64,000 nucleotides of DNA from positions 544,001 through 608,000 of the forward strand of contig CAXXOU010000001.1 in the NCBI GenBank assembly GCA_963677495.2. The letters are read 5' to 3'. Position numbers and translations under genes: made by a program. The DNA comes from Candidatus Cloacimonadales bacterium (GTDB taxonomy: Bacteria > Cloacimonadota > Cloacimonadia > Cloacimonadales > JAFGVF01). Each line of letters opens with the position of its first letter. The stretch's first letter is position 1. The notes beneath the pieces were generated by a model. That model was given only the letters and a program-made list of their open reading frames with translations, was not told where the DNA came from and did not search any database. Of the stretch, positions 46,976-56,492 are shown piece by piece.

Positions 46976-49360
46976 CTACTTCATCAATACCATCTTAGTA
47001 GTAAAACTTTTATCCGTACTCTTCATCTTGCAGAAATATATCCCAGATGATACTGTTCTATTATCTTCATCTTTGCCGTTCCATACAATGCGATGCTCTC
47101 CTATCTCCATCTCCTCATCAGATAAAGTCCTGATTCTTTGCCCTTTCACATTGTAGATGGCAATTTCAACTTTCGATTTCACCGGTATAGTAAATGAGAT
47201 ATTAGTTGTGGGATTAAACGGATTAGGGTAATTAGCCAGACTGTATGGTTCAAGACTTGTAACATTATCTTGTGCATTTGTATACCCGGGGAACTCATAA
47301 CACCCTATATCAATACTGCTTCCATAAATCCTATCCTCACCGGCAAGATCATATAAAGGGAACTCGTAGTTTGCAGGGAATAGTGATAAATCCATTGTCC
47401 CTGCATCTATAGCAGGAGAAGGTCCCACTTCTGTATCATCTCCGGATAGATAGTAGTATTCAGGGAATGCCGGATCACCACCTACAAATAATGGATCTGT
47501 TCCAATTAGGTTATCTGAGCCAAAATCAATTGGTTCATCTTGATAAACTTGATAAATATCTTCAGTTCTTGAAAATAAATTGAAATTGATGTTTGTACCC
47601 CTAAAGCAATAGAAATCGAAATTAAATCCAGTATTGTTTACAACAATGTTATTGTAGAACCTATCTATTGAATCATCAATCATAAAGTATGAATTATCAC
47701 TTCCACTATTATTAGCAAAAGTACTATTTACTATTGATACATTAGAAAATCCACCAAAGATATCAAATACTGATGGTGCCTGAGAAGTATAATTATTTGC
47801 ATAAAGGCAACTATCTATTAATAATGTTGGTGATGTCGTTAATGTAAAATGTCTGAAAGTAGCATATCCACCTAAACCATTATGCTCATTGTTAATGAAC
47901 TTTGAATTGATTATGTGTATTGAGTTTCTGGCATATATATCGTATAAACCACAAGCTTGAGCAACATCTTGGATAGGAATACTACCAGCAATGTTATTTG
48001 TCATTGTAACATTACTCATTTTTATTGATTCGATATAAGCCTTTACAATTGTTCCCCATCTTGCAAAATTATTTCGGAGAATCGTATTTTTGATTTCTAT
48101 ATTTGTCTCATTACTATTGAAATTTAAAATCCCATAATTAGTTTCAGAGTTTTCAACTATAGCATTATTTATAGTGGAGTTATTAGTTGCATATGAGCAA
48201 ATTGCTGGTGCATTTAAGCTTGTTACACTTAAATCTTTAATCAACATGTTATTTTGATTTGAACCAAATGAAACAGCCCCAGACACAGGAGTATCTACAA
48301 AATCTTCGGCAAAGACATGTGTGAGATTCGGGGATGTACCTTGTAATATTGTGTTTTCTTTTAAAACAATTGATACACCTTGTCCATTTATCTCTTCAAA
48401 GAAATCACCTTCTAACAGATGCACCGTTAGAGGATTATCATCACTGGGATTCAACTGTTGAAAAGCCTTCCAAGTAGTTCTTAAAGGATTTTCAGGAGTT
48501 AAACCGGAATTAGTATCATCTCCACTCATAGACACATATAGGTCATTCTCAATTGGTGATATGAATGTTCGTTCGATATCAAACACAGGAAACGGATAAT
48601 CACCTACTTGAGAATAGGTATTAACATAATAACTTGTAGGCTCGTACCATGTAAACATGTCTAAATAGATATCTAATGCAAATCCATGAGTAAAACACCA
48701 GCCAATGTCCATGCCCTGAGGACTATAGTTATTGAATATGCTACAGCGATTATATTGATCAAAAATGATTTGAGAATAGTCAGTACTATTGCTCATAAAG
48801 CACACACCCCCACCTATAAATCTTCCAATGTTATTATATACATTGATATTGCTCATAGTGCAAGCAACGTTTTCAAAAGCAAAACAGATTCCTCCCCCTT
48901 GTGATGCTTGGTTATTATAAATATTTAAATTCATTAAATCTAACTCAATACTATTATGTAAAAACAATCCTCCACCAAAAACTTGCCAGCTATCAATATC
49001 ATCACTATCCCAATAAATATATCCTCGACCACCGGTTATTGAAAACCCTCTAATTGTACAATTAGTTAGGTTTTCGTAGCATAATATGGTTGAATTTTCT
49101 TCGTTGGAGCCGTCAATAATGGTATCTGCAATATAAGTAGTATCACCAGTAGTAGCTTCCAATGTGCACAATGTGACATTAGATTTATTACTAAACTCAA
49201 TATTCTCAAGATATGTACCGGGATGTACCAAAACGGTATCTCCGGTTACAGAGAGATCAATCCCCTCTTGTATAGTTGCATAATCCATCGGAATGTTAAT
49301 TATGTTAGCGAGTAGTAGAATTGGTAAAAGCATTAGTAGTAAAAGAAAGCTTCTTTTCAT
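46976..49360 (-). CDS. Secreted right-handed beta-helix (pectate-lyase-like) protein with T9SS-type C-terminal domain
   Basis: DYATIQEGID..GDTVLVHPGTYLENI; LYVSMSGDDTNSGLTPENPLRT; SPAIDAG..DIGCYE; NYPNPFNPTT...SSGIYFCKM. Confidence 0.85.
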   Translation of the reverse strand: MKRSFLLLLMLLPILLLANIINIPMDYATIQEGIDLSVTGDTVLVHPGTYLENIEFSNKSNVTLCTLEATTGDTTYIADTIIDGSNEENSTILCYENLTNCTIRGFSITGGRGYIYWDSDDIDSWQVFGGGLFLHNSIELDLMNLNIYNNQASQGGGICFAFENVACTMSNINVYNNIGRFIGGGVCFMSNSTDYSQIIFDQYNRCSIFNNYSPQGMDIGWCFTHGFALDIYLDMFTWYEPTSYYVNTYSQVGDYPFPVFDIERTFISPIENDLYVSMSGDDTNSGLTPENPLRTTWKAFQQLNPSDDNPLTVHLLEGDFFEEINGQGVSIVLKENTILQGTSPNLTHVFAEDFVDTPVSGAVSFGSNQNNMLIKDLSVTSLNAPAICSYATNNSTINNAIVENSETNYGILNFNSNETNIEIKNTILRNNFARWGTIVKAYIESIKMSNVTMTNNIAGSIPIQDVAQACGLYDIYARNSIHIINSKFINNEHNGLGGYATFRHFTLTTSPTLLIDSCLYANNYTSQAPSVFDIFGGFSNVSIVNSTFANNSGSDNSYFMIDDSIDRFYNNIVVNNTGFNFDFYCFRGTNINFNLFSRTEDIYQVYQDEPIDFGSDNLIGTDPLFVGGDPAFPEYYYLSGDDTEVGPSPAIDAGTMDLSLFPANYEFPLYDLAGEDRIYGSSIDIGCYEFPGYTNAQDNVTSLEPYSLANYPNPFNPTTNISFTIPVKSKVEIAIYNVKGQRIRTLSDEEMEIGEHRIVWNGKDEDNRTVSSGIYFCKMKSTDKSFTTKMVLMK

Positions 49361-49573
49361 AGTCACGACCTTTTCAGGACACAATATTTGGAAGCTTCTG
49401 CAGATTCAAAATATTGGGTCAATGTCTTTTAGTTTATTCGCTACATATATTTTCTATGTGTCAAGAATAAAAGCAAGACTTCTGGTTTCTTCTTGCAGAA
49501 GATTAACTATCATAGATTAAATTCAGGTCAGTGGAGCTTGCCGACTTCGTCGTCACAGCAACTCGGGAGAGTC

Positions 49574-49769
49574 GCAGTACAACGTAGGGCATGCAGCCTG
49601 CTTGCTCACAGCTCGATAGAGCTGTATTCCCCGCGACAGAACTTGATTATATTTACTAAAGAACTTTAGTAGTTTATGCCAATTAACGTCAGTGGCTGGG
49701 CTTAGCTGCGCTAAGCGGACTAAGCTGGCAGCGTGTCCTACGTTTCGACGTGCAACGTCATTGTACTGC
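49574..49769. repeat. REPIN-like element with GTAG-type ends and internal hairpins
   Basis: AACGTAGGGCATGCAGCC (49581) versus inverted GGCAGCGTGTCCTACGTT (49727); outer GCAGTACAA/TTGTACTGC. Confidence 0.7.
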
Positions 49770-49781
49770 TCTGCCTTAATT

Positions 49782-49877
49782 CCAATGAGACACCTATTGA
49801 ATCCCCGTTAGCTTCCCGTTAGATCCCCGTTACAGCGAATGGGATTCGGATTGGTTTCTGATAGTGTAGAGATACTT
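49782..49877. repeat. 11-bp-phased repeat array (degenerate palindrome)
   Basis: CCCGTTA at 49804, 49815, 49826; opposite-sense AATGGG/GATTGG/GATAGT at 49838, 49849, 49860. Confidence 0.75.
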
Positions 49878-50232
49878 GATAGTTTACGATTGTGAGAGAG
49901 CAATCAAACACTAGGTCCAGCCCTGTCCACCAGGTCCATAACTCAGATAAACCTGAACAAATATATTCCCGCAAAAGATAAGATTATTAGCATCATTTTC
50001 CCCTCATTGCACTATCATAATAAAGCAGAGAAAACTGTCCGATTCCAGGGAGTCTCTTGGGGCTCTCTGGGGCAGGAGCATAAGAGACTGCTAGAAAAGT
50101 AGGCAGAAAGGGATAGTAATTAACCCCGAATAGTGAGAGTCTGATGATAGACAGATGTCTGATTTCTAAACGTGCGAAATCAACTTGTAGAGGTACAACG
50201 ACTAGTTATGAGATGAAAAACCTAATTCTATA

Positions 50233-50997
50233 TTATGGATTAACTTTCAGATATGTATCGTTTGGAATCCAGCCACCTAAACCGTTTGGTAGCTTAACAA
50301 GAGCCCAATCGTTTTGGAACTCCTCTAGAGTAAGGTTCATACCTTCATGAATAGTGAAAACTCGTGAGAAATCCTCTCCCGGCCCACTGTGCCCAATTGC
50401 CGAATCACTCATAAGTACAGCCGGTTTATGACTATTATAGCTATTAATTCTAGACACAGTAATAATAAAGCTAAGGGTGAAGATAAAAATTAGAATTGTA
50501 AGAATGAAAACAGGTACTGATTTCTCTCTATTTCTGAACTTAAGTAGGATAAAAATAATCATCCCAATGATAGAAAGAAAGAGAATCAACGAGAGCATAG
50601 ATGCTCTATTGATATTGAAAAAAGAGAATAATCTAGCCCAGATACTTCCGATGAACCCATCAGACGCATCCTCCTGCTTGTCCTTTGTTAGAGAAAGAGC
50701 AAACTTAAGGTTATTATTCGCCTGTTTATGTGAAGAATCGATACGTAAAGCTCGTTTGAAGTTGAGTATAGCCGGACCAAGTCTATTCTTTCTGAAATGA
50801 CAATTGCCGATATTGTAGTATAGATTAGCGTTCTTTACACCACGCTCAATCAATTCATTATAATTATCTAACGCTTTATCGAACTCTTTTTCTGCATATA
50901 AATCATTCGCCCTAATAAAGAGAGCATTATCAGAAAGAGCAATAGCACTGAGAGCAGTGATAGTAAATAGTATAGCAATAATAAATAATCTCTTCAT
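50233..50997 (-). CDS. batE: BatE (TPR + SH3b)
   Basis: LYYNIGNCHFRKNRLGPAILNFKRAL; TM hairpin; HSGPG..FTIHEG..WALVKL..GLGGWIP. Confidence 0.88.
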   Translation of the reverse strand: MKRLFIIAILFTITALSAIALSDNALFIRANDLYAEKEFDKALDNYNELIERGVKNANLYYNIGNCHFRKNRLGPAILNFKRALRIDSSHKQANNNLKFALSLTKDKQEDASDGFIGSIWARLFSFFNINRASMLSLILFLSIIGMIIFILLKFRNREKSVPVFILTILIFIFTLSFIITVSRINSYNSHKPAVLMSDSAIGHSGPGEDFSRVFTIHEGMNLTLEEFQNDWALVKLPNGLGGWIPNDTYLKVNP

Positions 50998-51006
50998 GAT
51001 AACCTC

Positions 51007-52806
51007 CTATTTCAGTTTCAGACGACTGATTTCATTAACCAGCTTCTTGAGAGTTTCGAAGTCTGTTGTGATGCTTTGAGCAGAAGTGCCACCCGGCATA
51101 AATCTTGCCTGATTACACTTTTGGAAGAACTCAGAGATACTCTTTATCAAAGCATCTGATAGATCCCTACTCCTCATCTCATTCAATATATCTTCAGTTG
51201 TAAGACCTTTAGGTACTCTAAGTTTATCAGTAAGGTACTTAGTTAACCCGTTTTGAGCAGCAGCATAGAAGTCAGCTTGTTTCTTATTTGCATGTTGAGA
51301 CGCAAGAGCCAGATACTTCTTTATGATTCGGGAAGCATTCTTCTGACGGAGAAGATCAGCATTACCTGAAAGTTTATCTTGTTGTCTTACATAAAAGTAA
51401 GTTGTAGGGAGAGTCGCAAAAGCAAGAATCAATAAAATCCAATACCAAGCTGTTGCATATAAAGGTTTGAAACGTAATACTTTCTTAGCAGGTATAATGT
51501 ACTCAATGTCTCTTCCCTCGAGGTTAACAACACTCTGAACATAACCTGTTGCATTACTAAATCTTTGATCACCTTCAGCAACATTGAGTTCATATTCTTT
51601 GGTCTTTAATGTCATATATCTACGTTTAGATGAATCAAAGTATGAGAATTCGATAGCAGGTATAGTATAGACACCCTTTTCTTGGGCGATAACGAGGTAT
51701 TTAACAGACTTACTGGCATTCTTAGAATTAATATTCTCATTCTGCACTTCAGGGGTCATAACTCTCATATTTTGCAGTACAGGGAAATCCGGTGCAGAGA
51801 AGTTAGAGATATTGCCTTCTCCTCTGATAGTTAAAGTATATTGGAATGAATCACCGGCTTTTATGTTTGGAGTGTTTATCTCTGAATCAAGCTTAAACTT
51901 ACCAACAGCACCGCTGAAAGACTCAGGTCTGCCTTGTGTAGGTAGCTCTTTAACAGTTATGTTCACAGGAGCATTTCTGATAAGTTTACGCTGTGGTGAT
52001 CCCATAGACCAGAAGCTACCAATATCAAGCCCTAACCTAGCTTCCAGCTCAAGAGTTGGAGAGGTAATCTTACCGGTTATATTGGGCATAAGTCTGACTT
52101 TCTTAATAGTCAAAGACCGATAGTTCTGCCCTTTATACTCTTTTATATTCCATCTCAATTCCTTAGCAGTATAGGTCTCCTCTTTACCATACCCGGGATG
52201 ATCTTTTTCATCTGATATTGATAAGCCTGTAAGATCCTGATTAGTGTAAAGATTGTAAGTAACAATAACAGGTTCACCTTTATAAACAGAGCGTTTATCA
52301 GGCTCTGCAACTAGAAAGAGTTCACCATCATTACTTGATTGTTGAGAAGAATCATCATAGAAGTCATCAAAGATAGACCGAGATCTCCTGGTTCTGGAAC
52401 GGCTGGTGTTAGTAGAACCCTCAACAACTTTTACTTCCAAGGGCTTTGTTTCAAAAGTTTCGTTTTTATGAGCAAATTTTATAGGAGGTATTTTAAAAGT
52501 CCCAACCTCTTTCGGAATTAATTGATAAGTAAATGTCTTTGTAAAACTGGAAGTAGTTTGTCCATTTACCCAGCTAAAAGAAGAACTAACGGAATTATTT
52601 ACACTTTTTAATGCAAAGCTCTTCACTGTTGGGAAATCGGGAGTATCAACAGTGTTTGCATCTTCACCGGACACAATAACTTTGAAAGTAACAATATCCT
52701 GTATTCCGACTGTGCTACTATTAACGCTGGTAGCAACCTTAAGATCCTGACCCCAAAGCGGGAGTAATAAGAGAACTAGACTAATAATTATATATAACTT
52801 CTTCAT
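51007..52806 (-). CDS. batD: BatD family protein
   Basis: SSFSWVNG, VYKGEPV, FSGAVGKF, IRGEGNI and ARFMPG; position in the bat operon. Confidence 0.9.
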   Translation of the reverse strand: MKKLYIIISLVLLLLPLWGQDLKVATSVNSSTVGIQDIVTFKVIVSGEDANTVDTPDFPTVKSFALKSVNNSVSSSFSWVNGQTTSSFTKTFTYQLIPKEVGTFKIPPIKFAHKNETFETKPLEVKVVEGSTNTSRSRTRRSRSIFDDFYDDSSQQSSNDGELFLVAEPDKRSVYKGEPVIVTYNLYTNQDLTGLSISDEKDHPGYGKEETYTAKELRWNIKEYKGQNYRSLTIKKVRLMPNITGKITSPTLELEARLGLDIGSFWSMGSPQRKLIRNAPVNITVKELPTQGRPESFSGAVGKFKLDSEINTPNIKAGDSFQYTLTIRGEGNISNFSAPDFPVLQNMRVMTPEVQNENINSKNASKSVKYLVIAQEKGVYTIPAIEFSYFDSSKRRYMTLKTKEYELNVAEGDQRFSNATGYVQSVVNLEGRDIEYIIPAKKVLRFKPLYATAWYWILLILAFATLPTTYFYVRQQDKLSGNADLLRQKNASRIIKKYLALASQHANKKQADFYAAAQNGLTKYLTDKLRVPKGLTTEDILNEMRSRDLSDALIKSISEFFQKCNQARFMPGGTSAQSITTDFETLKKLVNEISRLKLK

Positions 52807-52878
52807 TTTACACTCATATTATTTACTTTTGGGAATTGATAAAAACAAGAGGAAATAGACAAGTAATTTCTTTATCTA

Positions 52879-53574
52879 TTACCACCAACGTCCTCGACCA
52901 CGGCCGGCAGCTTTAGCTTTCTTCTTCTCTTTCTGGTCGTTTTGTTCCTGTTCCTGGAGAGCTTTCAGCTGTTCTTCAGCTTCCTTACGTTTCTCCTTCT
53001 CCTCTTCAGACATTGGTTGGTCTTCTTGTTCTTTCTTCTCTTCCTTCTTTTCCTGCTGTTGTTGTTGCTCTTTATCTTGTTTCTCTTTCTTCTTATCTTT
53101 CTTGTCCTGGTTCTGCTGTTGCTGCTGCTGTTGTTGCTGTTGCTTCAACATCTGCTTTGCAAGCTCATAGTTTACCTTCACATCTTCATTATCAGGATTT
53201 TCCCATAAAGCATGTTTATATGCTTCCAAGGCTTTCTCGTAATCCTGATTGTTATAGAAGATGTTACCAATATTCTTGAGAACCTGGTCTTTATTCTTCG
53301 TCTTTGAATTCTTCAAAGTAGTTTGATAAGCGGAAAGAGCTTCCTCTACTTTCTGGTTCTTATAATAAGCATTCCCCAGATTGTACTGGAGTTTGGGATC
53401 AGTCGGAGCTTTAACTGCATTCTCGTTAAAACTCTTCTCAGCTTTCTGGAAATCACCTTTATGGTAGTTCTTTGTACCTCTATTATTTCTAAACCACTTG
53501 CCAAGGTTAAACAATCCGGCGTTTAAAACCATAATTGAAGATACAAGAACTGCAAATATAATTATCTTTTTCAT
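52879..53574 (-). CDS. batC: BatC (TPR with Gln/Lys/Glu-rich tail)
   Basis: YNLGNAYY and YKHAL..NP..EDVKVNYELA; poly-Q tail ending in W. Start MKKII with GAGG RBS. Confidence 0.85.
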   Translation of the reverse strand: MKKIIIFAVLVSSIMVLNAGLFNLGKWFRNNRGTKNYHKGDFQKAEKSFNENAVKAPTDPKLQYNLGNAYYKNQKVEEALSAYQTTLKNSKTKNKDQVLKNIGNIFYNNQDYEKALEAYKHALWENPDNEDVKVNYELAKQMLKQQQQQQQQQQNQDKKDKKKEKQDKEQQQQQEKKEEKKEQEDQPMSEEEKEKRKEAEEQLKALQEQEQNDQKEKKKAKAAGRGRGRWW

Positions 53575-53581
53575 GTTAACC

Positions 53582-54598
53582 TCAAGATATAAACCTTTCA
53601 TGTTCATACTTCTTACGAATTGAAATAACCGGTTCGATACAGATTAAGAGCAACACTATTATTGCAAACCAACGATATTGGTCTTTGTATCTGTTGAACA
53701 TCTTTGAACTGTATTTATTCTTTTCAAGTCCCTGGATTGTACGAAGGATTTCAAAGATTTCAGTCTGTTTCGGTGTAATAATGTAGAATCTTCCCCCTGT
53801 TGAACCGGCAATTTTACTTAAGCCTTCAACATCAAGCTTAGACATTACTATGTCACCTTTATCATCTTTGATATACTCAACTTCACCATTCTCATTTGCA
53901 ATAGGAATTGGACTACCTTCAGGAGAACCAATACCAAGAGAGTAAACAGTAATTCCGTCTTTACTCATCTCTGATGCTATCTTGATACCTTTCTCTTCTA
54001 AATCTTCCCCATCACTAACAAGAATAACTAATTTGTGTTTTGAATTATCCGGAAAAACATCTTTAGCTTTCTGAAGAGCTGCACCAACATTTGTACCGAA
54101 CTTAGGGATAAACTCAGTATCTAATGTATTTAGGAACATCTGGGCAGCACTATAGTCATCAGTTAATGGACATTGGACATGAGCCACTCCTGCGAAAGGT
54201 ATTATTGCTACCCTGTCACCATTAAGCTGTTCTATAAAAAGCGAAATATGGTCTTTAGCTCTTTCTATCCTACTTGGAGAAATATCAGTTGCATCCATAG
54301 ATTTTGAGACATCAATACATACTGCTATATCTATACCTTTTCTATGAACATCCTGAATCTCTTTGTCCCATTGTGGTCTGGCAAAAGCTATTACCATGAA
54401 AAGCAGAGCTATAATTAGTAGAAAGCTTCTAAGCCACCAGTTAAAATGATTGAAACCATTCAGATAGAAACTAAAGAATCTATCTTCTGCAAATCTATTG
54501 AATAAGCGTTTCTGCCTTTTACGTTCTACTCCAACAAGAACAAAAGCTATTGGTATTAAAAGAAGTAGAATCAGTGCCGTCGCGTTTCCCCAATGCAT
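53582..54598 (-). CDS. batB: BatB (vWA domain)
   Basis: AFARPQW, DVSKSM MIDAS, PSRIERAK, PLTDDY and SDGED; TAATG coupling with batA. Confidence 0.9.
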   Translation of the reverse strand: MHWGNATALILLLLIPIAFVLVGVERKRQKRLFNRFAEDRFFSFYLNGFNHFNWWLRSFLLIIALLFMVIAFARPQWDKEIQDVHRKGIDIAVCIDVSKSMDATDISPSRIERAKDHISLFIEQLNGDRVAIIPFAGVAHVQCPLTDDYSAAQMFLNTLDTEFIPKFGTNVGAALQKAKDVFPDNSKHKLVILVSDGEDLEEKGIKIASEMSKDGITVYSLGIGSPEGSPIPIANENGEVEYIKDDKGDIVMSKLDVEGLSKIAGSTGGRFYIITPKQTEIFEILRTIQGLEKNKYSSKMFNRYKDQYRWFAIIVLLLICIEPVISIRKKYEHERFIS

Positions 54599-55578
54599 TA
54601 TATCCACTCCTTTCTAAGTACGAATCTATACAGTAACTCAGCAACTAATGTCACTAAAGCAAAAAACAACCAAATCGGAAAGAGCTCCTTCCATGTTGTG
54701 AACTTGTTCATCTTGAACTTAGATTTTTCAAGCTTATCAATCTCTTGAATTACTTTCTTCAACTGCTCTGTATTTCTAGCTAAAGCAGCTTTTTGGGTAC
54801 CGGTAATTTTAGCAATCTGATTAAGAGTTGGAAGATCCATCTCAATCTTCACTTTAGAATAGCCACCTCTGCTATTAGGAAAATCCACAAGTCCATTAGA
54901 ACCTACTGCAATAGGATAAACTCTAATGCCATAGGTTTTTGCAAGTTCCGCAGCACCATAAGGATCAATCTTACCTGCATTGTTCTTACCATCGGTTATT
55001 AGGATAATAACTTTAGACTTAGCTTTGGACTTATGTAAACGACTTACAGCTGTTGCAAGCCCCATTCCTATAGCTGTAGAACTGCCTTCCTGATTAATCT
55101 CAATATCTTTTAAAAGCGTTTTTAGTATATTGTAATCCTGTGTCAGTGGGCATTGAGTGATTGCATATTCTGAGAAAACTACCAAACCAATACGGTCATT
55201 CTTACGCTCTTCAATAAACTCTTCAGCAACTGACTTCGCTGCTTCGAGTCTGTTCTTTGGCTTAAAGTCAACTGCCATCATAGAACCGGAAACGTCGATT
55301 GCTAAAACTATATCTATACCTTTACCTTCAATTTCGACATTCTGTTTACCAATTCTAGGTCGTGTAAGCGCAACAATAATAAAGAAAATGGTTAACGCTC
55401 TTAAAACCATAGGGATATATTGAAAGAATGATTGATAACCTGATGCTTTCTTGATTATTGAAAGCTTACTAAAAGGTACACGTGACTTACGCTTTCTAAC
55501 ATATAAAACTTCCCACAATATATAAGCAGGAATAAGTATTAAAGCAATAAACCAGAGCGGATAGAGAAACTCAAGCAT
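54598..55578 (-). CDS. batA: BatA (vWA domain)
   Basis: ALTRPR, DVSGSMMAVDFKPKNRLEAAK, TAIGMGLATAV and LITDGKNNAG. Confidence 0.92.
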   Translation of the reverse strand: MLEFLYPLWFIALILIPAYILWEVLYVRKRKSRVPFSKLSIIKKASGYQSFFQYIPMVLRALTIFFIIVALTRPRIGKQNVEIEGKGIDIVLAIDVSGSMMAVDFKPKNRLEAAKSVAEEFIEERKNDRIGLVVFSEYAITQCPLTQDYNILKTLLKDIEINQEGSSTAIGMGLATAVSRLHKSKAKSKVIILITDGKNNAGKIDPYGAAELAKTYGIRVYPIAVGSNGLVDFPNSRGGYSKVKIEMDLPTLNQIAKITGTQKAALARNTEQLKKVIQEIDKLEKSKFKMNKFTTWKELFPIWLFFALVTLVAELLYRFVLRKEWI

Positions 55579-56491
55579 TCTGTTTCTCCTTTTCTAAAGC
55601 AGCTTTACGTTCCAGGTCTATCTTTTTAATCTGCTCAGCATATTGATACAACCAACTATAAGCCTTGTCGGCATCTTCCATGGAAGGCATCTGTTTTGCA
55701 TATTTAATCATATCACAGCTTTGAAGGTATGCCTTGATTTCAAGTCTTTCTTCAACTTTAAGTTCAGCTAATGCTTCATTGATTTCATAGGTTGTCATTT
55801 CAGCAGCATTAAAGTTATAGAACCCTTCAATTAGCTTTCTTAAGATAAGAGAAAGCTCAAAATAGTATTCGAGGAAGTTTCCATTCTTGAGAAGATCAGA
55901 ATCTTTTAACTCTTTCAAAGCACTTAATGCTGTCTCCCATGCCGGGATAACTATAATTGGTTTTTCTCTAACTACTTTCTTATACTCTTTCTTTGGTATC
56001 TTTGTAAGCAACCAAATGATGAGTACGATAGCAGCAATAACTACGATGATTAACAGATAATCAAAAACAGTTAAGTTTACTTTCACCGGACCATCAATAT
56101 CTCTAAGCACCGCACCACTATCAGGTAGAACTGATTGTACTAAAAGTGTATATTGACGAGTATTATGAATCTCCGGTATCTCGTTCTGCCATGATTCTAC
56201 TTCAAATGCTGGAAGTATTACCTGCCCGGTTTCAAATGGAGCAAAATAAATATTGGCTCCGGTAACACCATCTTTATCCTCAATAATCTCAGTAGCATTG
56301 AAATCAAGTACCGAAGATGTATCAGGAATCGCAATATTTACGCTATCAACAGGTTCTGAGAATGATAGTTTCATATTGATTGGCGTACCAATATTTAATG
56401 AATCTGGTTTAACGAGTTGCTCATCCATGCGGACAGCAAAGCAACTAAATATGAGTAAAAGCAGGGATAATACGATGCTATACTTCTTCAT
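55571..56491 (-). CDS. bat-operon membrane protein
   Basis: Signal peptide, LRDIDGP, TM helix, AAEMTTYEI and DMIKYAK; between DUF58 and batA. Confidence 0.75.
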   Translation of the reverse strand: MKKYSIVLSLLLLIFSCFAVRMDEQLVKPDSLNIGTPINMKLSFSEPVDSVNIAIPDTSSVLDFNATEIIEDKDGVTGANIYFAPFETGQVILPAFEVESWQNEIPEIHNTRQYTLLVQSVLPDSGAVLRDIDGPVKVNLTVFDYLLIIVVIAAIVLIIWLLTKIPKKEYKKVVREKPIIVIPAWETALSALKELKDSDLLKNGNFLEYYFELSLILRKLIEGFYNFNAAEMTTYEINEALAELKVEERLEIKAYLQSCDMIKYAKQMPSMEDADKAYSWLYQYAEQIKKIDLERKAALEKEKQNA

Positions 56492-56492
56492 C

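Noticed and set aside
53040..53150. CAG/CAA poly-Gln tract in batC as a contingency locus
   Set aside because: In-frame, mixed codons, and a normal low-complexity feature of BatC proteins.
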